Shown here piece after piece: positions 54,055 to 64,000 of a DNA stretch of 64,000 bases. Numbering within the stretch: position 1 is the stretch's first letter; every line of letters begins with the position of its first letter. Location of the stretch: NCBI GenBank assembly GCA_012026655.1, contig JAAILG010001027.1:1-64000 (forward strand), written 5' to 3'. Both the position numbers and the translations under genes were made by a program. The notes below the pieces were generated by a model. It was not told where the DNA came from and ran no database searches. It saw nothing but the letters and a program-made list of their open reading frames with translations. The stretch is from Hydrolagus affinis. Its lineage: Eukaryota.

Positions 54055-54310
54055 TGGTGACTCAGTTGGTAAGTCCAGTGCCTAATATGAAACTAAGCAT
54101 CCAGACAAGGAAACTCCAAGTTTGATCACAAAACCGTGTTGGATTAGTTTGAGTTGCAACAGCATCCCTGGATGAAGGAGAGGAAAAAGCAGCAAAATGT
54201 TGGACAAAAAACAAAAAACATGCCCACTCCAGGTGATCCGTATCCAATGACCTCTGAGTGTTCTCGGAGGTCAGGTGGGGATAGGATCAAACTTGGCTCT
54301 GTATCATAGA
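54055..54310 (+). mobile_element. Older, second tRNA-headed SINE-like family
   Basis: A-box-like GGTGACTCAGTTGGTA and decayed B-box AGTTTGATC; body resembles 28595-28730 and 61315-61372 (+) and 26755-26795 (-). Confidence 0.45.
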
Positions 54311-54523
54311 GCACTCAGCATTCATGGAACCATGTCCCAACTCGAGTCAGCACTTTTAGGGAAGGAAACAAAAGAAAATTAGATGGAGAATGGAAAAAAG
54401 AACAAGAATTTATCGTTCTCAGATGACATAAGTTGGTGTACAGGCGCAGTAATGCATTGAGTAATGATAGGAATGATAGAGTGATAGCAGTGTCTTGTAT
54501 CTCACATAGCAAATCATGAATCT

Positions 54524-54890
54524 TAATAATAATAGTAATAATCCTTGCATTTGGTATAGCGACTTATCATGTTTTTGAAACGTCGCAAAGTGCTTCACAG
54601 AATATATTGCAAAAGTGATTTAACTGTACATTTTGGGAGCAAAACGTGGGAGTCACTGCACACAGCAGTGTCCCACAAACAGTCATAGATTGATTAAATA
54701 ATTTATTATTATTTTCTTTTTTTAAGGAATTATTACCCCTGGAAAAGTGATTCTCCAATCAATTAACAACTAGATTCCTACTCACTGTTAGGTGAGTTTG
54801 GAGTAAGGAAACTTGTCCAACATTTTGCCTGGCCGGGAATTGAACCCAGGTCTCTCGCTTGCAAGGCGAGTGCTCTAACCACAGAGCTAT
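54524..54890 (-). mobile_element. Near full-length tRNA-derived SINE with intact A and B boxes
   Basis: Minus strand TAGCTCTGTGGTTAGAGCA-CTCGC-CTTGCAA-GCGAG-AGACCTGGGTTCAATTCCCGG: tRNA-Ala(TGC)-like head; (ATT)n tail. Confidence 0.92.
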
Positions 54891-55137
54891 AACTATGCTA
54901 AACTGGCTGTAAAGGAGAATCATTGAGGAAAGGCAGGGAGTGTTAGGATCATACCAGGGAACAAAGGAAAAATCAGTGGATGTGGCAGGTCAAGGAACTC
55001 TCACCTATCTCATTGCACTTGGTTGAAGAGCAACATTGGCAGAGATATGGGAGCAAGTTGTCTATTATTTCGGGTCCAGAGTGTTGAATGATAAACAAAC
55101 TAGATTAAAAATCAAATTTCCCACCATATATTTTCAC

Positions 55138-55235
55138 CTTCCCCCTCCCCCTGGCTCGGCATCGAGCTCCGCTATTGTGTAGCGCTCTGAGATGGCGTCT
55201 GGCATGGGGGGCACTATATAAATCCAAGTTGTTAT
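55138..55235 (+). mobile_element. L2-clade 3' end (family B)
   Basis: TCCGCTATTGTGTAGCGCTCTGAGATGGCGTCTGGCAT..GGGCACTATATAAATCCAAGTTGTT, matching 60180-60250. Confidence 0.85.
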
Positions 55236-58200
55236 ATATTAAAAGTAACCTTAGAATAGAGGAAATTGCAACAACACAAAAAACCAGAAGCTTTTTTTTG
55301 TGTGCTTTTCAATGTCTTAAACTGCTTGAAATGTACCAGATAGGGAAAAAGGCAAATTTGAAGGTGCTAATCAAGGCATGGTCAAATAGGTATATTTTTT
55401 TGACATTTTTGAAGGCAGCGAGATTGGTCGCAAGACAAAGTGTTTTAGACATAGTTCCAAAGGACAAGGCCTTGGTTGCAGAAGATATTAGACTCTGACG
55501 TGGTAATCCAGTGGTTGGCACCAGTGACATACACCCCAAACACAGCCCAAACAGTATAGGTTTGGAGGGAGGAGTGGGGATTCACACCTGTGAGCCAGTT
55601 GATAATGATTCGTTTTTTTCAGCAATGTAATGATCACCCATATTAACACTCCATTGTCTGTTTGGTTGCTGAGTCTTCACCATATTGTCTATTGGGTTAC
55701 TGAGCAGACATTTTCTGAATGGCATTTTGGACACAGCATTGGAGGATATCATCAAGGATTACTGAGACCTGCAATATGAGATCCTTTTTACTGAGAGGTT
55801 CACAGCTGAAGTGAGTCTCAGACCTATTAATTCAGCACGCTTTAGGCCACATTGAATAAATTTGTTATTAATCATCAGTGTCAGGGATTAAAATTCTCCA
55901 ATCGCATTGATTTTCAAGCGTTTTTGTGTTTTCTCATCATCCATTCTCCCTCGGTGCTAACAAATATCTGACATCTTCACATTAGGAAAGATCCAGATAT
56001 CACAAACAACAACATTTTACAAGTAAAGATTTGGCACAGTATAAACAGTAAAGATGAGTTAGATGTTTATTCTATGTGCTCTGAATATTATGTTTTTTTT
56101 TCTGAGTATGGCAATGATTTATAAGTTGATTCTTAATCAGTATTCTCAGAAAAAGTGTGCGGGAACTGGGCAAATCAGTGATATCTGTGACATTCTAAAG
56201 ATTATTACATCTAATAGTTACCTGATATTTTATCCACATTAAGAATAATCTATTTTAAATGCATGCAACAAAACACCAGAGCTTCTTGCCTTTTAAACAG
56301 TAGCTCCCATAAAGTTTTATGTCAAGGTATTTTGGTTACTGGAGGCAGCCAAGATATTAATTATCACCTTAAATTGGATAAGTTATTTGATTTTCTACTT
56401 TGATCAAACCATAAAAGAGAGATTTTGTTTCATAATTTTGTTTGTACATTTCGTGACCTAGAAAATGACTGAGTATTTGACTTCAGCTAGCAAGTAAACC
56501 CCAGAGTAGGAGGTTTACTGCAGTTTTAAAATGGGCAGCTGTCAAAAGACAGATTCTGTGCAAAGTGAACATACTGGGGCTTCCTGCCGTTTCAGCAATG
56601 CTGTGTCCCTGGGTGAGGCATCTGTTGTCTACATTTTAGAATGCATTATTATGTTGCTGCAAGTCACCCTTCTTTAACATTCACTTCTTTGCTGCGAATA
56701 AAACATCACCGATACCTACCTGGTGTAATTCATTTTGTAACTGGGCAGATTTTGCAGGGAAGGCTGCCGATGAAAAGTCCTTACTGAGGTTTTTTTTTAA
56801 CAATCACAGCAACCTTGGTTAAATTTCTTCACTTCCTTTGAGGCTTAGTATGGATCCAGATGTTATCCTTTTTGCACATGCTGGGTGACATTGTACCATC
56901 ATGACCCTTTCTTTTGTAAAAACCCACGGCACCATCTCCACGGTAATGACTACACTAGCCCCCGGCTTGGCCACAGCTGTCTGTACTTTTTTTTTCCCTT
57001 TAGCCTACTCATTATTTGCCATCGTCTTTCACCAACCTAGGTTTTTGATCAAGAGAACATTTGTAACATCTTTCTTATTGTCCTTCGTGGGAGGGTGGAA
57101 GATAGATAGATAAATTTCATCAGTGATAGAACACAGGATGTTCCCAAGTGTTAAGTAGTTGTATATTGTGTATTATGCTAATATTTAAATCATTCTTTCA
57201 TAGGACCAAATGAAAGTCAGAAACAAAAGCTGATTCATTTGCACATATAGAGGTCCTAACACATACATATCTAATACCTCAAACTTAATCAAAACAATTA
57301 TATCACTTTACATAACAAGAAAATAAATTGAATACAGCATTTTTTCTACTGAAAACAATGATTTTGTGGTTAAAACTTGTAGCTCCAGAATGCCTGAATG
57401 GAAAAGCCTGTAGCTTACTCTTATCTCAAACCGGTTTTTTAAACTATTGATGTATGTAATGCAATGCACAGTTATGCTTTAATACTAATGCAAACCAAGG
57501 TAATTTAACTTGCAGTTGGATTCTATTCTGTCACAAACGTTTCTTATGTCGCTGGAGTTGATACACTTGGGTCTTGTTCTAGTGCAAAATGCATGAAATA
57601 TTTGCAATTACAAGGCCTCTGGATAAAATTAAACTCGAAAGTTTCATAAGTAGTGTAATACATCCTATGCCATTTTCTATTTGCTGCAATTCTCAAGATG
57701 GTGGTTGGCAGTTTGTTGTCACTCATATTTTTCATTATTTTGTCACTCATGCTATAAAAATGCTGCAATAGGAGTAAAACATATATATCTTGATGGTTAA
57801 TATGAAAATGATGTAAATGGTATATTGTAGAGATACAAAAACACATTTAAAACAAATGTCATCATATGTATGTGTCCTGGATACCTCAAAGGTAAGACAG
57901 TTGTACATGTATACATAAGTATTTAAATCTGAATGTTATGGAAGATCTTTCATTTTGCCAATCTCCTGTTGAGATGAAACCAGCTAAAATTGCTAGCAAA
58001 TAAGCAGACTTTATTGTATTAGTGGGAGCAGAATTTGGGGGGAGATTTTAGTAATCTAATGAATGTCATCATTACATTTTTGTTGTTGCAAAAGTACATT
58101 TTTTTAAAAAAACCGAAGTATAATACTATAATGATAATTCTTCCATTTGATTGTATTTGGCAATTTCATATTGGCAGGACATCTCACAAGATTTTCGATT

Positions 58201-58249
58201 AAATGTAGTGACTGTGTATATTTTGTGGTTTTTGTGATTGCAGGTGATT

Positions 58250-58465
58250 GCAGTAGCCAATTTCCACTCAACATTGTCCCACAAAACAGCCATGAACTGA
58301 ATGCCCAATTTTATCTGTGGAATTGTTGGCCAGGATACTGGGAGAAACTACTTTCCTTTTTCAAATTGTGCCATGGGCTCTTTAACATCCTCTTGTTCAG
58401 GCAGATGGTACCTCATTTAACTTCTCATCCGAAGGACTCCAACAAGGCAGCACTCCTCAAGTATG
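58250..58465 (-). mobile_element. Ancient DeuSINE core
   Basis: TGTTGGCCAGGATACTGGGAGAA..CAAATTGTGCCATGGG.TCTTTAACATCC..GGCAGATGG..CCTC.TTTAAC.TCTCATCCGAA resembles the Deu domain. Confidence 0.8.
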
Positions 58466-58789
58466 TATTTACAATACAATTTACATTTATAAAACGTCTT
58501 TCCCATCAGCAGGACACTCAAAGCTCTTAAGATAATATAGGATTGTGAATGTTCTGAATTAAAAAGCAGCTTGATGCTGTAATGGGATGACATCATATGG
58601 GTCAAATGACCTTCTTTCTCCAAACTAATCTTGTGAATTTAATTCTTCACCCCTGAAGTGCAAACTGGAATCCCAGAGAAAATGGACTTGATGTTTACCT
58701 TCCCTCACCTGTGCCACAAGGTGGAGCACAGCAGGGCAATGGAGGGTTCCATTTCAGGAGAAGGGGACTACAAAGAATAGTGAATAAAT

Positions 58790-58915
58790 CAACAACAACA
58801 AAATAACATTTGTATAGCGCCTTTCATGTTGGGAGGACGTTCCATTTGCTGGACAGTCAATGTTTTGGACCCCATCTGGGATCGGGAATGGGTTCGGGTG
58901 GAGGGGAGGGAGGGT
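58790..58915 (-). mobile_element. L2-clade LINE 3' end (family A)
   Basis: (CAA)n-ATAACATTTGTATAGCGCCTTTCATGTTGGGAGGACG...GGACAGTCAATG. Confidence 0.88.
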
Positions 58916-60171
58916 TACACATTATGGACTGCTCAAGTATTGAGTATCACAATACCTAAGTATTGTGGGTTACAGAGCAACCCATAGTCCACATTTTTAT
59001 CGCCATCTGAGAGTAAGTATTTTTTTTTGGTGGGGGGAATACTGCAGAATTAACAAATCAGATCTGGGGCTAGAATTTGGAACTTGACAATTTGTGTTTT
59101 TTTTACAATGAATTGTACCTGGTGGCTCATTAACCTGTTAGAGAAAGTGCAGGAGAGAAAATCAGAGACAAAGTGGCCATCAGGTGCCTGAATCTCCAAT
59201 GTGTGTTAAATGTCAGTGGTAATAAGGGGAATAATTTGCTTAGGTTTTGAAGTGGCTCTGACTTGTCAGAGGAGTTTGTATTTAACACAGGTGCTGCCTG
59301 TGGTTCTTGCCTTTATGATGTTGACACCAATAATGAAAATCTACTAAGTAGATAGGTGATAGGATGAGCTGCCCGTGGTAACCTATTAATGCTGCTGAGA
59401 GCAACAGCCAGCATTGGAGGTCTTCATAAAATACAGTTCCATTGTTAATGTTTTTACCATACTGTTATTTTGATGGCGAAAATAATGTATGTAATCTCTC
59501 TAGGCAAACAGATGCCCTAATGGTACTGTAGGCTGAATGCAATGGCGCAATTTATGGGATGCTGGTTTTTCGCCTGCAATTCCCACAACGGTGAGTCACT
59601 CAGTGTGATCACGGAGACTTGCCAATGAAAGTCAGGTGTTTCCCACAAGAAGGGACTTCAATTCAAAGGGCCACTTTGGTACATGTCCCTTTTGGCTAGT
59701 TACAAAGTGGTATTGGCCGAGTTGCAGTAGCAGGTCAGCCTCCAAGAGGGTAAGTTAAGCTGTATGTCATGTAGAAAAAGAAAAGGGGGAGAAATTCAAA
59801 TTAATTTAAACAAAGCATTCATATCTATTAACACAACGTCATGTTTTGCTTGTTCTGGTGTGTAACCTGAGCCCCAAGTTGTGCAAATCATTAAAAAGTA
59901 ACATGAAGGCTCAAAGTGTACATAGATTTTATGGTAGGAAATTTTAGCCACATAATTATGTGATGCCAGAACATTAAGTACTCCCTTTGGTACATATACT
60001 TGTTAGAACACTATGAATTGCATGTTTCCATAAAATAAACAATGGTACAGTACTTCGTTTAACAAGGAAGGGTTCAATGCAATGATAAAGAATTGTTTTG
60101 CTGCTCACGTAATTTTAAATGTTCTGAAAAATGCATCAGAAGTCAAGCCCAGTGTTGCTGTATGTTATCCC

Positions 60172-60250
60172 TAGCGGGATCCGCTATTGTGAAGCGCTCT
60201 GAGACGCCGTCCGGCGTAGAGGGCGCTATATAAATCAAAGTTGTTGTTGT
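60172..60250 (+). mobile_element. Young L2-clade 3' tail (family B)
   Basis: AGCGCTCTGAGACGCCGTCCGGCGTAGAGGGCGCTATATAAATCAAAG(TTG)n; CpGs retained. Confidence 0.9.
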
Positions 60251-60611
60251 ATGTGCATTGCTGCATAATGGTAGAACAAATGGGCATCTATCCAGTGTCT
60301 CCACTTGGCAAGTTCCCATTTTCAGTCAAATAGGAAGTTGTCAGAGAGAGGTGGCAAGCTGAAGTGAAATGCTTACCCATAGGGGAGGAGAGAAAATCAG
60401 AGGGCAAGTCAATCTGTAGCTCTGGAGCTCTCATTGCAGAGTACCATCAGCGGAGGCGTGTGAGCAGTTTAACATGCCCTTTTCTTTCAGAGAGAACCAT
60501 CCCACAAGGCAGTTAAACTGGGATGAGTAAAAATTAAAATGAGAAAATAAAACCAAGCAAGAAAATTGGTAGCAGTGAATATAATTTATACACTTAATAT
60601 ACAAATACAGG

Positions 60612-60712
60612 AGGGACCTTGAATTTACATCTTACTTAACCAAAGGACAGCACCTTCGATAATGCAGCAGTCCCTCAGTACCGCACTAGTGTCAGGCTAG
60701 ATTATAAACTCA
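60612..60712 (-). mobile_element. Ancient DeuSINE fragment
   Basis: GGACAGCACCTTCGATAATGCAGCAGTCCCTCAGTACCGCACTAGTGTCAGGCTAGATTAT. Confidence 0.75.
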
Positions 60713-62271
60713 GTTTCTTGTGTGAGATGTTAACAAACATTATAAGGCAGGTCATGGAAAGTAAAAAGAGACTGCTTTATGGTGAAACATTAAATATGGA
60801 ATTTATCGCATACATGTGATGGATCAATACTCACAAAGTAATGATTTACATTGATAAACAACATAAAATTTCTTATTTGCCGTTCAATTATATTTTAAAT
60901 CTGTGCTATTATAGATCTAATGGTTGTAATAATGTCCGTGTTTTTAGGTAATGCAATCGTTACCTTAAGATTTTGTCCACTTAGCAGGTGGAAATTCAAA
61001 ATTATGAGCAGAAACAAAGATTCCTGACAACAAACCTTTTAGTAACTTGTCATGTAAAAAAAAGTTTATATTTCAAGGATTGTCCTTTTGGCATCTAAAA
61101 TATTACAAGAATATAAATAAAATGCATGAGGGCCAGATGGTGGGTTAGCACTCAATGCTGATAATGGAAACACCTTTCCCACTTCAGTTTCTTTCCAAAA
61201 TTGCCGATTTGAAAATATATTTACACTTATGATGCCAATAAGTCAGAGTGATGGAAATTCAGACCAGCCGTGAGACAAATGATTAAAATATGCTATTTTT
61301 GGAACAGTAACTGAGGCAGTTCTGGGGAATGGGTGAAGTAGGAAATTAGTCCCAGTTTCTGCACCTGAATAAATTATGCAAATGAGAGGTCATTGACTAA
61401 CAAAAATGTATTCAACAGTCTGTACCCCCCACATGAGTGGTGTAAGGTTTTACATCATAATGAACAGAAATGCGCATTGCATTACAAATGTACACTTTGT
61501 AGGGATAGGAATTTATGATATGAAAATACACAATTAAATGAGTTCAGGTACATTTCAACGATAGGTATCTTTTTTAAACAAAACAATGCTTTCATGTGTG
61601 TTACTATATAATGCTGCAAGAATGGATTTGCATAATTTTTGCTGCTGATAGGATGACTAACGATAATATTTGATGAATTAGACAATGGACAGTTTCTACA
61701 TTATGTGAAACAATCAATAAATATATTACCTAAAATCACTGCAGAGAATGGACAGTTGTAACAGAAGCTCCTATTTATAATGTACCCTTCCTATCTCCTT
61801 CACCTCTACCCCATCTCTCTCCAGAGCTCCCACCCTAATTCACTTGACACATGTAACAGAAACAGACTAACAGGAATCAAAAGGCTGTACGACATGGGTG
61901 CCAGTCCAGCATTCAGAAGCGGGTCAGTTTTTAACTTCATTAAATTGCTGTCGTATGGTGTCTGCTGACAAGCATCTGACTTTGGAGAGTCTTGCTCATC
62001 AGGTATTCTCTCAGATTATTATCAAGAAAAGCCACTCTCATTAGGGGTCCCGAGAAGGCAGCTAATTAAGGGACAAGGTCTGTTCAAAACTGAGACAATT
62101 ACACCTGTAGACTTCCCAGAACCACCAAGAATCTCAGCAAACCTCTATGTTTAGTTCCCTTGTTCAGGAAGCAAAGAGCAAGTCCATTAAAAAAATGAGA
62201 GACAGAAACTGTCAACCATTTGAAAGGCTTTACAAAAATGATCATCCAATTAGTGGTTATGATCAAATCAG

Positions 62272-62475
62272 NNNNNNNNNNNNNNNNNNNNNNNNNNNNN
62301 NNNNNNNNNNNNNNNNNNNNNNNNNNNNNNNNNNNNNNNNNNNNNNNNNNNNNNNNNNNNNNNNNNNNNNNNNNNNNNNNNNNNNNNNNNNNNNNNNNNN
62401 NNNNNNNNNNNNNNNNNNNNNNNNNNNNNNNNNNNNNNNNNNNNNNNNNNNNNNNNNNNNNNNNNNNNNNNNNNN
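62272..62475. other. Assembly gap (204 N)
   Basis: Run of N. Confidence 1.
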
Positions 62476-62949
62476 TGTATCAAACCTATTATCACTATAG
62501 CTTTTCTTCAACACTGCATAGTGACTATGAGAAGCTGAAACAGCTAGAATCTTTAGTTTTGACCTCATTGTAATTAAGTGTTTCTTTCTTTAGATCATTA
62601 ATTTTCCATCAATAGCATTTTTAAATGGCTTCATCTGCAATATCCATGCCTTATAAGGCTGATACCCTGATCTATTTGTGTATTGCTCCGAGCTGACACT
62701 TGTCCAGTTACAGTGGGTTTTACTTGAATCAAATGGTGCATGCTGTAATTTGCAAAAAAAAAAATTATACCTGCAACACAAATGTGAAGCTAAGAGAGGA
62801 AAAATCAGTTCTGAGTAAATTAAAGACTATATATAGAGAGAAGGTATTTATGTCAGTTAATTTAACTACTGGTAAGGGCCTTTGTTGAAACATGAGTTAG
62901 TTCCAGTATTTAACCCTGAAGCATTAATTTATGCTTTATGGCATGGGTG

Positions 62950-63180
62950 CTTCATCATTTTCTTTTTCGAAAGACAGTCATCTCATTAGCTCGGCTTTGA
63001 TGAGATGCAAGGATACACTTCTTATTTTCTGAAATGATCACAATACAAATCAGAGTAAACCTCAACAATGCCGCTCGGCTTTTGCAGCCTGTAACGGCTC
63101 CACAGTCAGCCACACAAACGGTTGAGTGCACAAAATTAAAAGCTGCAATGGAATGAAATCTCTTCGTTGCCAAAAAGGGT
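62950..63180. promoter_or_regulatory. Candidate conserved non-coding element
   Basis: Several retained CpGs in a CpG-poor background, non-repeat, contains a 10-bp hairpin. Confidence 0.4.
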
Positions 63181-64000
63181 ACTAAAAGTTGGACTAGATA
63201 CACTGTAGTTTCAGATAAACCTTTATTGGGCGCATCACAATTTTAGACATCTTATTACGGGTGTACTAAAATATCAAATCAAAATTACTGAACAGGAATA
63301 TCTTCAAAGCAGATTGTAGGGTCTCAATTAGCTATGAAAGTTCTGCATATTCACTCATATCAGTATGGCAACATAATAGAGTACATAGAAGCTGGCATTA
63401 TCTGTCAGATCTGAGAATAACCTTTTTTTATTTTGAGTTCTGTAAATAGCACTGATTTTTTTGACCTTGGAAGATTTTCCACTGATTTTTCATTATGGGA
63501 TTTTACAAAAATAAATGTGATATCCATGCCAAAGGAAATTTGTGTTAGTGTTTGTCATGTAGCCACTGTTTCCTGAAAGCTACATTTATTTAAAATCCAG
63601 TCCTGTGAAATCTTTGTCTCTAAATCCCCATAATTTTTTAATTTTTTTAAGCATTCTCATCTGTTTTTGGGGGGGTGTGTATTGTTTTTTAAAAAGAAAT
63701 ATTTTAACAATTATTTGTGCAGCATAAGTTCATTGTAATCACATGTCAAAATCGGTTGGACACATTTTATATACTCGTCTGGTACCAGGAGGGTGAAGAA
63801 GCACTGTTGCAGCAGAATGCACCAGCTTACTGGCAGGAGTGTGTTGCAGAACATTAACACCATAATTTACATGAAATTACTTACATACTGCTACAGTAAT
63901 TTAATTTGTTTGACCAACACAGTGCAACTGCAGGAGAATAGATACAGACAACCACTGGAGGGACTGCTGCTTATTCTTCCAGTTGGATAATTCTGTTTTA

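Noticed and set aside
54820-54890. tRNA-Ala(TGC)-like sequence
   Set aside because: It is the head of a SINE: no acceptor stem, and it continues into the SINE body and tail. Not a tRNA gene.
12718-60250. Recurring ~60-nt palindromic repeat as a CRISPR-like array
   Set aside because: Dispersed, on both strands, with simple-repeat tails in eukaryotic DNA: these are retroposon 3' ends.
62147-62573. ORFs spanning the N run
   Set aside because: Artefacts of the assembly gap.
1308-63990. Remaining short ORFs in the supplied track
   Set aside because: 60-130 aa, no recognisable protein family; consistent with chance or with repeat remnants.

Overview
AT-rich vertebrate genomic DNA with no protein-coding gene I can recognise. 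The repeat content (tRNA/Deu-type SINEs, L2-clade 3' tails, CR1 remnants, a Penelope-like terminus) points to a cartilaginous fish, plausibly elephant shark (inference). Bases 1-~7.8 kb form a CpG-retaining, repeat-free regulatory domain with promoter and splice signals on both strands. A minus-strand polypyrimidine tract runs off the left edge, so the next exon of the host gene probably lies just outside the window; the gene cannot be named. The rest is intergenic or intronic: enhancer-like blocks (TAAT/TGACAG-rich, CpG-retaining) interleaved with retroposon fragments, plus a 204-nt N gap. The most notable observations are three AG|GT recursive-splice-like junctions in the CpG domain, a bulged hairpin with compensatory changes shared by three retroposon tail families, and a decayed minimal hammerhead ribozyme. 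There are also nested and chimeric retroposon insertions. Repeat family names come from recalled similarity, not a database search, and repeat boundaries are approximate.
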